Source: Macrostomum hystrix
Lineage: Eukaryota; Animalia; Platyhelminthes
DNA: 64,000 nucleotides
Reading direction: 5' to 3'
Assembly (NCBI GenBank): GCA_950097015.1
Contig: CATNEN010000038.1
Coordinates: 8,060,001-8,124,000, forward strand
Below are positions 14,401 through 26,779 of the stretch, in pieces (position 1 is the first letter of the stretch; each line of letters opens with the position of its first letter). The position numbers were made by a program, and so were the translations under genes. The notes under the pieces were generated by a model. It saw only the letters and a program-made list of their open reading frames with translations. It had not been told where the DNA came from and did not search any database.

Positions 14401-14550
14401 GATTGGTTGATTTGTTGATTGATTGATTGATTGATCGGTTGATTGAATGACTGACTGAATGATTCTGTATTGATTACAATTGTTGTTTCATGAATTAATT
14501 GATTAGTTACCTGATTAACTGATTGACGGATGGATTGAGTTATTGGTTGG

Positions 14551-14595
<45 letters not shown>

Positions 14596-17500
14596 CTGTT
14601 GATTGATTAGTTGTTTGGCTGAGTGCTTAGTTACTTGCATGTGTTGTGACTCACGGTCCTACAGCCTTTGGGGAAGCTGCGACAGCCCCAGGTCCCAGTC
14701 GGGTGCCACCCGCTCCGTCTCCCAAGGAATGGCAGAAAAGAACTCACGGTATCTCGACTGATGCAACCGTTAGTAGCCGGTCGGTTTTATTTGCAATAAG
14801 ATAGATAGTCTCGTAACTGGTGGGCAGACGAGGTTAGCAGGGTCTAATTAACTGGGCACAACTATATAGCTATGTTGGCACCACCGAACTCTGGGCTTTA
14901 GCGACTAAACAAACAGGGGGTGGGGTACGAGAGCGCGCAAGGCGGGTGAGATGTACATTCAACAATTAGGGGTAGGCTGGGCGATCGATACATATGAACT
15001 GGGGTGGGGCACGCTAGCCGACTGGCGGGGCAGGGAATGAGAAAGAGATGAAAATGATAGGGCAGAGGTGAGGGCTGCGTCACAACACATGGTTGGTTGA
15101 TTGGTTGATCCATTTATTGATTTCATTGGATATTGATTGATTGATTTACAAATGGATTAAATGAAAAATAAGTTAGCCTGAATTTAGACGCAGTCTTACA
15201 CCATTTAAAAAAGCAGGCAAAGCGGTATTGAGTGCTTTTGTCTCGTATTTCTGAATTCAAATTCAGCAATCGGCCAAAGTCTTTCCACACTGCAGTCAGC
15301 CGAATGGCATTTCAAAATCAAATGAATGCCGCGCACAGCGAGGACCTTTCAAGAACATTTTAGAAGCTTTCACCCCATACAACTAGACAATAATGGGCTG
15401 GGCAAGTGCTTTTCAGATGACTCGATCAGTTGCAAGAAAAGCCCTTTCTGAATATAATAGACAAACCGGTTTAAACTGATGAATGCTTATTGCTGGACTT
15501 GTTGGCATTTGTTGGCATTCCAATCACTGATCCTTACTCCATTCAGTTTCACGCATCCTAAGTCTCAGATTCTAAATCCTAAATAAAATATTTGATATCC
15601 CATTAGCTGAATTCTACACCCGAATCCTAGATTCCATAACTAAAGTCCCTAATCTTAAATCCCAGATTCCATTTCCCTAATCCCATTTCCTAAATCCCAG
15701 ATCCCAGATCCGAATTCATGATAAGAAACTGTTTTATAACAGATCCAGATGGTAAGTCTAAAAAACAGATTTCCGAAATTTCAAACTACCTGTCTCAAAT
15801 CCCATGCTAAAGGCACCACTTTACTAATTTTAGTAATAAATTTGAATATTTTTAATAATATTATTATTCTTAATTGCAGGAGGGCTGCGGGCAGTGGCAC
15901 ATCATTTGGTGACACTAGACCCCTTAGCCAGCGAGGAGGCAATTCTGCCCATTCCGCTGACTCCTGAGCACACACGCACACAGATACTGTACGCAGGCAC
16001 ACATTCCAGATTAGTGTGGTCTCGCCGCGGAATCGAGCTCAGGGACCTTGGCGCGAGAGTCAAACGCGTCAGCCGCACTGCCACTCATCCCCTGTTTCAA
16101 ATGCTATAATCCCAAATTATAGCATTCGAAATTCCAGATCCTTAATTGACTATCCCGAATCCTAGGTCCCAGAATTCCGGATCCCATTTCCACCCGCAGG
16201 TGCGAGGAGCACAGCAGCCGCTTCCCCTGCTCGTGGCTGCCGTTTCTACGCTCGCGTTACCACCTCAGCACGGCCAGCGTGTACTTCTCCAGCACGCTGA
16301 ACTTCACCCTGCAGACAGTCTGTGCCTGGCTGTCCGTAGTCCTCGGCCTTGAACGCTACCTGGCCATGAGATCCTGTCACATCCGACAGGGTAGCAACCG
16401 TTGCCATGGCTCAGCCGCAGCCAAAGCCAGCGTCGTCGTGACGGTGGTCTGTCTGGCCAGCTTGGCTTTGAACCTGCCCGCCTCGTTCGCCCTGCGCACC
16501 TTCACTCTGGCCGAGCCGGGTCCCGAGGGCGCCAACGGTACCTCCGGGGTGCTGTCCCGAACCATTGGGCCCACGGAGTTCGGCAGGTCCAGCCTGTACT
16601 CCGCCTATTCTATGGTGAAACTTGTCGGTACTTCGCTGCTGCCAGCTGCACTCCTGGCTGTCACCAACTCGGTGCTGTTAGTCCAGGTGGTCGGCCTTCG
16701 ACGGAAAAATCTGCGGCGAAAGAACACCGGCTACTCGTCCAGGACTACGAAGATCATTCAGGTTGGGGACTTTTGAAGGTTGAAATCAGATTTGTACTTT
16801 TATTATTGTTAGTCAGAATAGGCCTTGTCTGGTAGCTGCATATGGTGGCATAGCTTTAATGCATTTTCTAGCCATCACCGAGAGTCTAGTCTTTCGTGCA
16901 TGTCAACTTTAATTTGGCCTGATTCTGGCATTTGAGCTGACAGTTCCGATAATTGCCTTGCAGAATCTGCATGGGGTGCAGCTGTGTGAGACCATTGTCA
17001 ATGCAAGCTTAACACTGCAAACAGCTCACTTAAGCCTAGAAATTTATCTTGGCAACAGGAAGATAGTCCTGGCAACAGATTCTGCTCACTTTTAAGCTCA
17101 AACCAAATGACTTTTCACTACTTGCGACATGACTGATCGACAGATAATGTAGAGTGACCTGTCCTGGTCCCGGATCATTGTGTAGAGTGACCTGGTCCCG
17201 GATCATTGTGTAGAGTGACCTGGTCCCGGATCATTGTGTAGAGTGACCTGGTCCCGGATCATTGTGTAGAGTGACCTGGTCCCGGATCATTGTTTAGAGT
17301 GACCTGGTCCCGGATCATTGTGTAGAGCAGGGGTCGGCAAACTCCGGCCCGCGGGCCAGATGCGGCCCTCGAAGCTCCCAAATCCGGCCCGTTGCCCCTT
17401 CTGACATCTACAGTGTCCTGTTTCATATCTCTCGGTCTAATCTCTCCCGTGTCTCATCTCTCCAGTGTCTCATCTCTCCAGTGTCTTATCTCTCCACTGT

Positions 17501-18769
17501 CTTATCTTACCCGTGTCTCATCTCTCCAGTGTCTCATCTCTCCAGTGTCTCATCTCTTCCGTGTCTCATCTCTCCCGTGTCTCATCTCTTCCGTGTCTCA
17601 TCTCTCCCGTGTCTCATCTCTCCAATGTCTCATCTCTCCACTGTCTTATCTTACCCGTGTCTCATCTCTCCAGTGTCTCATCTCTCCAGTGTCTCATCTC
17701 TCCCGTGTCTCATCTCTCCCGTGTCTCATCTCTCCCGTGTCTCATCTCTTCCGTGTCTCATCTCTCCCGTGTCTAATCTCTCCTGTGTCTAATCTCTCGC
17801 GTGTCTAATCTCTCCCCTGTCTCATCTCTCCCCTATCTCATATTTATACAGTCAATGCGGCCCGCTGTCGTCTTTTAGGTTCTCTCTTTGGCCCGCCAGC
17901 AAATAAGTTTGCCTACTCCTGGTGTAGAGTGACCTGGTCCCGGATCCCTGTGTAGAGTGACCTGATCCTGGATCATTGTGTAGAGTGACCTGGTCCTGGA
18001 TCATTGTGTAGAGTGACCTGGTCCCGGATCATTGTGTAGAGTGACCTGGTCCCGGATCATTGTGTAGAGTGACCTGGTCCCGGATCATTGTGTAGAGTGA
18101 CCTGGTCCCGGATCATTGTGTAGAGTGACCTGGTCCCGGATCATTGTGTAGAGTGACCTGGTCCCGGATCATTGTGTAGAGTGACCTGGTCCTGGATCAT
18201 TAAAAGCCTGGCCTCACGAATCAATCGGCTTCCTTCTCCACCAGGCCAGTCAGAACCGGCTGCAGGCTCAGCGCAATCTCACCATCCTGCTGATTGCCGT
18301 CATCTTCGCGTTCCTCTGCGGCCAGGTGCCGCGGTCGCTGCTGTTCAAGGAGATCTTCTCGCTGCTGTACAACGGCTGCCCCTGTGGCAGCAGCCTGCTG
18401 TGGACCTGTTGTCCAGTGTACCGTCGGTTGCACCCCATCTGCGAGCTCATCTACCTGCTCTGCCTGAATCTCAACTTCTTCATCTATGTCGGCTTAAATG
18501 AGCACTTCAGGGACCAAGTCCGCGCCGCCACCAGGCTGCTCTGCTACTGCTACTGCGGCGGTGGCGGCGGCGGTGGCGGCGGCAGCGGCACCGCCCACCA
18601 GATTGTCAACAATCGCGATGTTCAAGATGATGACGAGCTGGACATGGACCTGTTCTCCGCTGCCGGAGCCACCACCATAGGCTGCAGTCAGCAGCAGCAG
18701 CAGAAGTCAACCAGTGGCGTTAACGAGGACAATGAAGAGGCCCAGAAGCTCGTGGTTAGTGAGCTGTGA
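11453..18769 (+). CDS. Rhodopsin-like (class A) peptide GPCR, FMRFamide-receptor/GPR139-like type, about 470 aa, 3 exons
   Basis: Exons 11453-11778, 16200-16761, 18245-18769. Junctions AG|GTGAG...CCCGCAG|G and CAG|GTTGG...CCACCAG|G keep frame. TM1 GFLLN, TM2 AISLVD, TM3 ERY, TM4 LNLP, TM5 LLP..N, TM6 FLCGQVP, TM7 NFFIY. Confidence 0.88.
11850..12365. repeat. Degenerate 7-bp repeat (ATCCCAG/ATCCCCA)n in GPCR intron 1, with further remnants near 13165, 15555-15805 and 16108-16190
   Basis: Direct inspection. Confidence 0.85.
13245..13727. repeat. 28-bp minisatellite with palindromic core CAGTCCATGGACTG
   Basis: Unit about TGTACACACAGTCCATGGACTGAGCAGT, about 17 copies. Confidence 0.92.
14275..14630. 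repeat. (GATT)n-rich low-complexity tract with an internal duplication, resuming after 15091
   Basis: Direct inspection. Confidence 0.8.
14642..15087 (-). mobile_element. Solo LTR (446 bp), probably Gypsy-type
   Basis: Termini TGTTGTGAC...GTCACAACA (9-bp perfect inverted, TG..CA). 4-bp TSD CATG at 14638-14641 and 15088-15091. AATAAA on the minus strand near 14786-14791 suggests orientation. Confidence 0.8.
15853..16090 (-). mobile_element. tRNA-derived SINE, family A (internally deleted copy)
   Basis: Minus strand starts with A-box-like TGGCAGTGCGG and B-box-like GAGCTCGATTCC and ends in an AT-rich tail. The 3' part matches 33215-33337 in reverse complement. Confidence 0.72.
17328..17921. 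mobile_element. hAT (Charlie-like) non-autonomous element, 594 bp
   Basis: TIR CAGGGGTCGGCAAACT / AGTTTGCCTACTCCTG (14/16). Subterminal CCGGCCCGCGGGCC. 8-bp TSD GTGTAGAG at 17320-17327 and 17922-17929. Confidence 0.88.
17437..17840. repeat. 16-bp minisatellite (GTGTCTCATCTCTCCM)n inside the hAT MITE
   Basis: Direct inspection. Confidence 0.9.
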
Positions 18770-19100
18770 ATGACAAGAATCAAGTCTTTAAATGCTGAGA
18801 TTTTAATGCTTGTTTTAACATGATATCTTATGGAATTTCACCAAAGCAGTGGGCAACCCCTGCCTGGTTAGTGTTGTTGGAAGATATGTAAATATGTTAA
18901 AGAGACAAAACTATTACTATAACAATGCCATTAAATCCTTCTTCAATTTTTAACTCTTCTATGATTTGATACAATCTTAAGAATCACAATTCTGTGTACA
19001 ATGCGTTTGTAGTGAGCGAAAACTTTCTTGTACCTCTATTTCTTCAATGTACTTATTTTCATTTAGATAATTTCATCGATTTCGATATTAGATTGAGAAT

Positions 19101-19260
19101 CAATCGCTGACGAATCACAGAATCGCTGACCAATCAGAGAATCGCTGACCAATCAGAGAATCGCTGACCAATCAGAGAATCGCTGACCAATCAGAGAATC
19201 GCTGACCAATCAGAGAATCGCTGACAAATCAGAGAATCGCTGACCAATCAGAGAATCACT
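19101..19260. repeat. 19-bp minisatellite (AATCGCTGACCAATCAGAG)n
   Basis: About 8 copies, most containing CCAATCAG. Confidence 0.9.
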
Positions 19261-19695
19261 GAAAAATCAAAAGAATCCACAGACAAAAAATCGTTGACCA
19301 ATCATAGAACAGCTAATCAATCGAAGAAAGACATATTTCATTAAAAAAATATTTTTTCAACTATTTTTTTTTCTCGTTCTTTCGTGCAACTAAGTACGAA
19401 TATAATATATTTTTCTGTGATTTAAACAACATATAAAAAGGTAACAATTCAAAACAAGGGTTAAAATAATTTGTGTCGGAATATTTTTGAATTTTATAAA
19501 AAAATTGTAACATTTTTAGACAAAAAGTTGTGTACTGATTAATTCGAGTTTATGTTTATCAAAATTTTAAGATGTTTATTGTAAACTTTACACTAATCAT
19601 AAATCGATATAAAAAATATATTTGCGCCATAAATTAAAAAAATAAAGTTTTTTCTGGACAAACAAAATTTTTTTTCTTTCGGTCTTTGCCTCAGT

Positions 19696-22335
19696 TCAGT
19701 AGGCACTTGCCGGATCCTGAAATTTGTGTAAAAATAGGTGTCGTTTAGGGATATTGGGGAGAGCGTGCCAGAGGATCTTAAGAAACAAGTAGAGATCCGG
19801 ATTGACTAGAAAGGGATCTGATTGACCAAAATGATTGATAGATTTGGGATCTGATGGATTGGAATTTGATCTATTAATAATTAGTATGGGATCTTGTTAA
19901 TTATTATGGCATCTGACTGATTGGTATGGGATCTGATTGACCAAAATGATTGATATATTTGGGATCTGATGGATTGGAATTTGATCTATTAATAATTAGT
20001 ATGGGATCTTGTTAATTATTATGGCATCTGACTGCTTGGTATGGGATCTGATTGATTGGTATGGGATCTGATTGATTGGTATGGGATCTGATTGATTGGT
20101 ATGGGATCTGATTGATTGGTATGGGATCTGGTTGACTTGTATGGGATCTGATTGATTGGTGTGGCATCTGACTGCTTGGTATGGGATCTGACTGATTGGT
20201 ATGGGATCTGACTGATTGGTATGGGATCTTGTTAATTATTATGGCATCTGACTGATTGGTATGGGATCTGACTGATTGGTATGGGATCTGACTGATTGGT
20301 ATGGGATCTTGTTAATTATTATGGCATCTGACTGATTGGTATGGGATCTGACTGATTGGTATGGGATCTGACTGATTGGTATGGGATCTGACTGATTGGT
20401 ATGGGATCTGACTGATTGGTATGGGATCTTGTTAATTATTATGGCATCTGACTGCTTGGTATGGGATCTGATTGATTGGTATGGGATCTGATTGATTGGT
20501 ATGGGATCTGATTGATTGGTATGGGATCTGATTGATTGGTATGGGATCTGATTGATTGGTATGGGATCTGATTGATTGGTATGGGATCTGGTTGACTTGT
20601 ATGGGATCTGATTGATTGGTGTGGGATCTGACTGATTAGTATGGGATCTGATTGATTGGTATGGGATCTGATTGATTGGTATGGATCTGATTGATTGGTA
20701 TGGGATCTGATTGATTGGTATGAGATCTGATTGATTGGTATGGGATCTGGTTGACTTGTATGGGATCTGACTGTTTGGTATGGGATCTGATTGATTGGTA
20801 TGGGATCTGACTGATTGGTATGGGATCTGACTGATTGGTATGGGATCTGATTGATTGGTATGGGATCTGACTGATTGGTATGGGATCTGACTGATTGGTA
20901 TGGGATCTGATTGATTGGTATGGGATCTGACTGATTGGTATGGGATCTGACTGATTGGTATGGGATCTGACTGATTGGTATGGGATCTGACTGATTGGTA
21001 TGGGATCTGACTGATTGGTATGGGATCTGACTGATTGGTATGGGATCTGACTGATTGGTATGGGATCTGACTGATTGGTATGGGATCTGACTGATTGGTA
21101 TGGGATCTGACTGATTGGTATGGGATCTGATTGATTGGTATGGGATCTGACTGATTGGTATGGGATCTGACTGATTGGTATGGGATCTGACTGTTTGGTA
21201 TGGGATCTGATTGATTGGTATGGGATCTGACTGATTGGTATGGGATCTGACTGATTGGTATGGGATCTGACTGATTGGTATGGGATCTGACTGATTGGTA
21301 TGGGATCTGATTGATTGGTATGGGATCTGACTGATTGGTATGGGATCTGACTGATTGAATGACAATTCGGTCATCAGTCTGACATTGGACCGTTCATTAA
21401 GCTTTCAGAATCGTTAGTGAGGCTGCCGACCCGATGACAACCTACCTGGAAGACAATCTTGCCATCGGTGCTGTAGTAGCTGATGACAGCCTCATGTGAG
21501 GCACCAGAGTCGGCGTCAAAGCAGCGGCACCTGTCATACGGTGGGATGTACAGGTGCAAGGAGACAGCGGTCTCATTTGGGTCCTCGTTGGCCACGCGAT
21601 GCAGTCCTATCTTGTCTAAAATGAGTTTCGGGGATAAAGAGGGATTTAAGTAAAGGTGTGACAACTTTCTCGCCAAATCCCTGAACTCTAATCCACAGAA
21701 AGACCCAAAGACAGCATTGGATAGCCACAGACACCAATGGGATAGCCACAGACACCAATGGGATAGCCACAGACACCAATGGGATAGCCACAGACACCAA
21801 TGGGATAGCCACAGACACCAATGGGATAGCCACAGACACCAATGGGATAGCCACAGACACCAATGGGATAGCCACAGACACCAATGGGATAGCCACAGAC
21901 ACCAATGGGATAGCCACAGACACCAAGGCGCACTGAGCAATGCCTACCGTGCATGTAGGAGCAGGAGTCGAGCGCCAGTTCAGTTCGGCCAATCGTCTGA
22001 GGCGCCGCAGTCTCCCGCTCTGGCCAGGCGAAGCGAGTCTCCGTCAGTTGGCCCTGCAGCACCTTCAGCAGGCAGTGGCTGCCGGCGTGGTCGTGAATCG
22101 CCGAGCCGTGACCCGGCAGCCACACCAGCAGCAGCAGGTTGTACCGCCCGTTGCCAGTGTCCACCAGATTCCTTGTGTACTTCTCTGGGTGCTCAAAGTA
22201 GAAGCGCTCCCATTGGCTGCGTACGGATCTGTAACCAGTCAGGAGGTCCTTCAGCTGCCCGATGTCAACCTCACCCTGACTGAGCTCCAAGTTCAGCTGC
22301 TGGACGAGCCGCTGGAAATTGTCGACGTCTGACAT
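19696..22335 (-). CDS. CDO1: Cysteine dioxygenase type 1, copy A, about 192 aa, 3 exons
   Basis: Exons 22335-21948, 21615-21446, 19716-19696 (DPASAY*), all GT-AG and in frame. Motifs YTRNLV, IHDH..SHC, GLHRV, SLHLYIPP supply the 3-His iron site and the Cys-Tyr cross-link residues. Exon 3 is inferred from its homologue in copy B. Confidence 0.9.
19790..21357. repeat. 20-bp minisatellite (GGGATCTGAYTGATTGGTAT)n in CDO-A intron 2
   Basis: Direct inspection. Confidence 0.95.
21718..21925. repeat. 21-bp minisatellite (GGGATAGCCACAGACACCAAT)x10 in CDO-A intron 1
   Basis: Perfect copies. Same unit as 27677-29005. Confidence 0.95.
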
Positions 22336-22779
22336 GGTCGCTTTTTTTATGCTAGAAATTTTGCTGGCAGAACAAATCAGCCTGCTGTCCTTTATGCTTG
22401 CTAAACAACATCCCTTATTGTCTACTGGACAATTAGTGACGCGAATAATATTAATAACTACTTTTATCATATCTAAAAATGAAAAATACTGTACATTATT
22501 ACATACTGTACGTTATCTTCATATTTAAATCTCTTTGAATTCCGGACGAGTACTTGCTTTAACTAAAATTAGGTCGCTTACAAATTGTTTGCCTTGCCAA
22601 GGCCTTTTGTTAAAATGAGCTTTAACAAACAATGGACAAATAGTACAACACTCAACTAAAAATAATAATGAATAATTAAAACTGAGCTTCCGAATACAAG
22701 CAACACAGGTTTTAAGTTTTAGGTCGATTTTAAGAAGCTGGTTAGTTTTGTTAGAAAACAATATGATTTAATCAAATAT

Positions 22780-23640
22780 GATCTGGTTGAATGGTATGGG
22801 ATCTGGTTGATTGGTATGGGATCTGGTTGATTGGTATGGGATCTGGTTGATTGGTATGGGATCTGGTTGATTGGTATGGGATCTGGTTGAATGGCATGGG
22901 ATCTGGTCGATTGGTATGGGATCTGGTTTGATTAGTATGGGATCTCGTTGACTAGTATGGTATGGGATCTGATTGATTGGTTTGGGATCTGCTTGATAGG
23001 TATGGGACCTGGTTGATTGGTGTGGGATCTGGTTGATAGGTATGGGATCTGGTTGAATGGCATGGGATCTGGTCGATTGGTATGGGATCTGGTTGACTAG
23101 TATGGGATCTCGTTGACTAGTATGGTATGGGATCTGATTGATTGGTATAGGATCTGATTGATTGGTTTGGGATCTGATTGATAGGTATAGGATCTGGTTG
23201 ATTGGTGTGGGATCTGGTTGATAGGTATGGGATCTGGTTGAATGGCATGGGATCTGGTCGATTGGTATGGGATCTGGTTGACTAGTATGGGATCTCGTTG
23301 ACTAGTATGGTATGGGATCTGATTGATTGGTATAGGATCTGATTGATTGGTATGGGATCTAGTTGATAGGTATGGGATCTGGTTGATAGGTATGGGATCT
23401 GATTGATTGGTGTGGGATCTGGTTGACTGGTGTGGGATCTGGTTGACTGGTGTGGGATCTGGTTGACTGCTGTGGGATCTGGTTGACTGGTGTGGGATCT
23501 GGTTGACTGGTGTGGGATCTGGTTGACTGGTGTGGGATCTGGTTGACTGGTGTGGGATCTGGTTGACTGGTGTGGGATCTGGTTGACTGGTGTGGGATCT
23601 GGTTGACTGGTGTGGAATCTGGTTGATTGTAATGGGATCT
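22780..23640. repeat. 20-bp minisatellite (GGGATCTGGTTGATTGGTAT)n, same family as 19790-21357
   Basis: Direct inspection. Confidence 0.93.
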
Positions 23641-24127
23641 GGTATGGTGTCTGGTATGGACTCTTTCTTTAGTGCTTTCTCATATTTTCTGGCTACTCAA
23701 ATGTCATAATTTTTTTATTTGGATCTAATACGAGTAATACGTACTCTTCACAAATATTGAATTTCGCGAGTCCTGGTGCTAGCTTATTATTCAAAAGCAG
23801 AAAATTCGAGCAGGAAACACACTGATTTGTTTTCTTATCCGATTCGCACATTAAGTCCAATAATATATATTTCTAAATGGCTTTTATATTAGTGCAAAGC
23901 AAATAATGTAAAGTTGGTGCAACTGGCCAGCAGGTTAATTGGCAGCTGGGGCTTATTACTGGTAGTTTTGTGCATTGTTAGCGCTGGCCTGTCCTTCTCG
24001 CTCTGCTATTTCTGAGCTGCATCTTTCCTGCCAACTGGACAGGCTTTGAGCTCCGGTTGAGGATAAACATCCCTGCCAAGAGTTTTCTAAGAAAAATATA
24101 TAACTGCGTACTATAATAGACCTATCT

Positions 24128-24614
24128 TCAGGAATTCATATAACTATAGTCGTCGTCATAGACGGGAACTTCGTGTGACCCGGCGGCTGTCGACGAGCTC
24201 CTGTAGACGGCGCGATCCTCGCTGACTGTCGGCCGCACAATCAGCGAGCCGTTCTCGGAGATGCGCGACTCGAGCTTCAGGATGAGTCGGAGCTCGCTGG
24301 GTTCCGTGTACACCCTGCGCAGGCCGGCCAGGTTGTTGCCTGAGTTGGTCGTTACTGTCTGCGGCTCAAGCTGCCACTGGCGCTGTTGATGCTGCTGATG
24401 CTGCTCGCCTCGATTCTGCCGCTGGCTCTCCTGGTTCTCTGACTTCATTGAATACGGAGATTCCGGACAAGTATCCAGAAATTCTTGAAGTTCGCATTCT
24501 TCGTGCTGCTGCTGCTGCTGCTCTTCCTGTGTCAAGCTTTGAACTAGCAGGCTACGCATCTGCTCCAGCATTTTGATCTTCTGAATATGCTGCTGGTGCT
24601 GCTGCTGCTGCTGG

Positions 24615-24679
<65 letters not shown>

Positions 24680-24871
24680 CTGAGGCTGAGGCTGCATCCT
24701 GCTATTGCAGCTGACTGGCACCTTGGCCTTCCGCGGCTCTGCAGCAGCCTCACTGTCCGCAGCCTGTTGCTCCCTATACTTCATCTTGCCGATAACTTTC
24801 GTGAATTTCTTGATTAGCTCGGCGGCTGTGATGTACAGCTCGTCAGAGCTGGACGGATCGCCTCCTTCCAT
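24128..24871 (-). CDS. Uncharacterised polyglutamine protein, about 247 aa, single coding exon
   Basis: GC-rich ORF in AT-rich flanks, first ATG at 24871 (MEGGDPSSSDELY...), (CAG)n/CAC tract at about 24588-24680. TATA-like TATTTAAA near 25015-25022 on the minus strand. No recognisable domain. Confidence 0.55.
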
Positions 24872-25164
24872 TTGCCTTTTCAGTCCGCGACAGAGAGCCT
24901 TAACTGGCAGCTGACCTTTTCTACCTTGAAAATCTCTTCCCCATCGCTGCGGCCGCACTCAACCTGCATTTGGGGCTGGGCTGGGCCCTAGACAGCAGGC
25001 AGAACCCCCAGTTGTTTAAATAGGATAGTTTAAGTAAAAGAACTATATATACAATTTTGCTTTTGAATTTGTCACTTTAGCGTTAGATTCGTGGAGGAAA
25101 GAATGAAATAGAGTGCCATTGGCTCATGAATGCCATAGACAAAAGCGATTTATTATTTTCTAGT

Positions 25165-25560
25165 ATGGAATAGCTCAGTCAGTATGGTGTCGGACTCTGG
25201 ATCAGATGGTCCTGGGTTCGACTCCCGACCTAGCCTAGAACTATTCGTGCAGCCTTTGGCAAGCTACTTTGCCCTGATGTGCACACAGTCTACTCAGCTG
25301 CAAATGAGTACCGACATTTCGTCGGGCAATAATAATTCCGGCTGGCGTGGAAAAAAGCAGGTCTGTGCGGCAATTCAGTGGGGTTTGGATGCAGCCGATA
25401 TGTTTGGAAAAATAAATTCCATTGCTGACACGCGGCTGTCAACCGGTGTCCGAAAGAGCCGGGGAGTACATTAGGTGTGCAATCCACACCTGCTAGTGTG
25501 CTTGACACACAACACCTGCACTGGCCCTTGGGTCTGGTGTCAAATTTAATTAAAATTGAC
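25165..25560 (+). mobile_element. tRNA-derived SINE with conserved central domain
   Basis: A box TAGCTCAGTCAG and B box GGGTTCGACTCCC, followed by CCTTTGGCAAGCTACTTT...CTCAGCTGCAAATGAGTACC, typical of invertebrate SINE cores. 3' end approximate. Confidence 0.72.
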
Positions 25561-25649
25561 TCCTGCAGCGAAGGCCGTGTCGGCATAGTTTAGCTTAGCT
25601 TTGCACTCATTCATTTTGGTCGATTGCCTCCCCTTCACTGTCAAGGGAT

Positions 25650-26575
25650 GTTGACCATTCTTGACAGTGTCAGTCAACCACCGACCATTCTTGACAGTGT
25701 CGGACAATCACTGACCATTCTTGACAGTGTCAGTCAACCACCGACCATTCTTGACAGTGTCAGTCAACCACCGACCATTCTTGACAGTGTCAGTCAACCA
25801 CCGACCATTCTTGACAGTGTCAGTCAACCACCGACCATTCTTGACAGTGTCAGTCAACCACCGACCATTCTTGACAGTGTCAATCAACCACCGACCATTC
25901 TTGACAGTGTCGGACAATCACCGACCATTCTTGACAGTGTCGGACAATCACTGACCATTCTTGACAGTGTCAGTTACTCACTGACCATTCTTGACTGTGT
26001 CAGTCAATCAATGACCATTCTTGACAGTGTCAGTCAACCACCGACCATTCTTGACAGTGTCAGTCAACCACCGACCATTCTTGACAGTGTCAATCAACCA
26101 CCGACCATTCTTGACAGTGTCGGACAATCACTGACCATTCTTGACAGTGTCAGTTACTCACTGACCATTCTTGACTGTGTCAGTCAATCAATGACCATTC
26201 TTGACAGTGTCAGTCAACCACTGACCATTCTTGAGAGTGTCAGTCAATCACTGACCATTCTTGACAGTGTCAGTCAACCACTGACCATTCTTGACTGTGT
26301 CGGACAATCACTGACCATTCTCGATAGTGTCATTCAATCACTGACCATTATTGACAGTGTCAGTCAACCACTGACCATTCTTGAGAGTGTCAGTCAATCA
26401 CTGACCATTCTTGACAGTGTCAGTCAACCACTGACCATTCTTGACTGTGTCGGACAATCACTGACCATTCTTGATAGTGTCATTCAATCACTGACCATTA
26501 TTGACAGTGTCGGACAATCACTGACCATTCTTGACAGTTCGGACAATCACTGACCTATTTACAGTGTGAGTCAAT
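25650..26575. repeat. 30-bp minisatellite (GACCATTCTTGACAGTGTCAGTCAACCACC)n
   Basis: About 30 copies. Confidence 0.95.
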
Positions 26576-26779
26576 CACAAATCTTTTTTTAACGATTACT
26601 GAAAGTTGTTCCGAGAATGTATTTCCCAAGTTAGCCATAAAAAATTAAAGTTATCATTAAAAGCGGGATTAGCATGTACGCTCGTAACATGTACTGCAAG
26701 CAGAGCAGAAATACTCGTATTATGTTAACAATAATAATTTAATGCAGGTGCACAAGCCGCACAACAAGCACTGGGGCAG

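Larger units (their letters stand above)
17148..18200. repeat. 28-bp minisatellite (GTAGAGTGACCTGGTCCCGGATCATTGT)n in GPCR intron 2, split by a MITE
   Basis: Copies at 17148-17327 and 17922-18200 are in register either side of the insertion. Confidence 0.95.

Noticed and set aside
25167-25240. tRNA gene
   Set aside because: A and B boxes are present, but the acceptor and anticodon stems do not pair well and the sequence continues into a SINE body.
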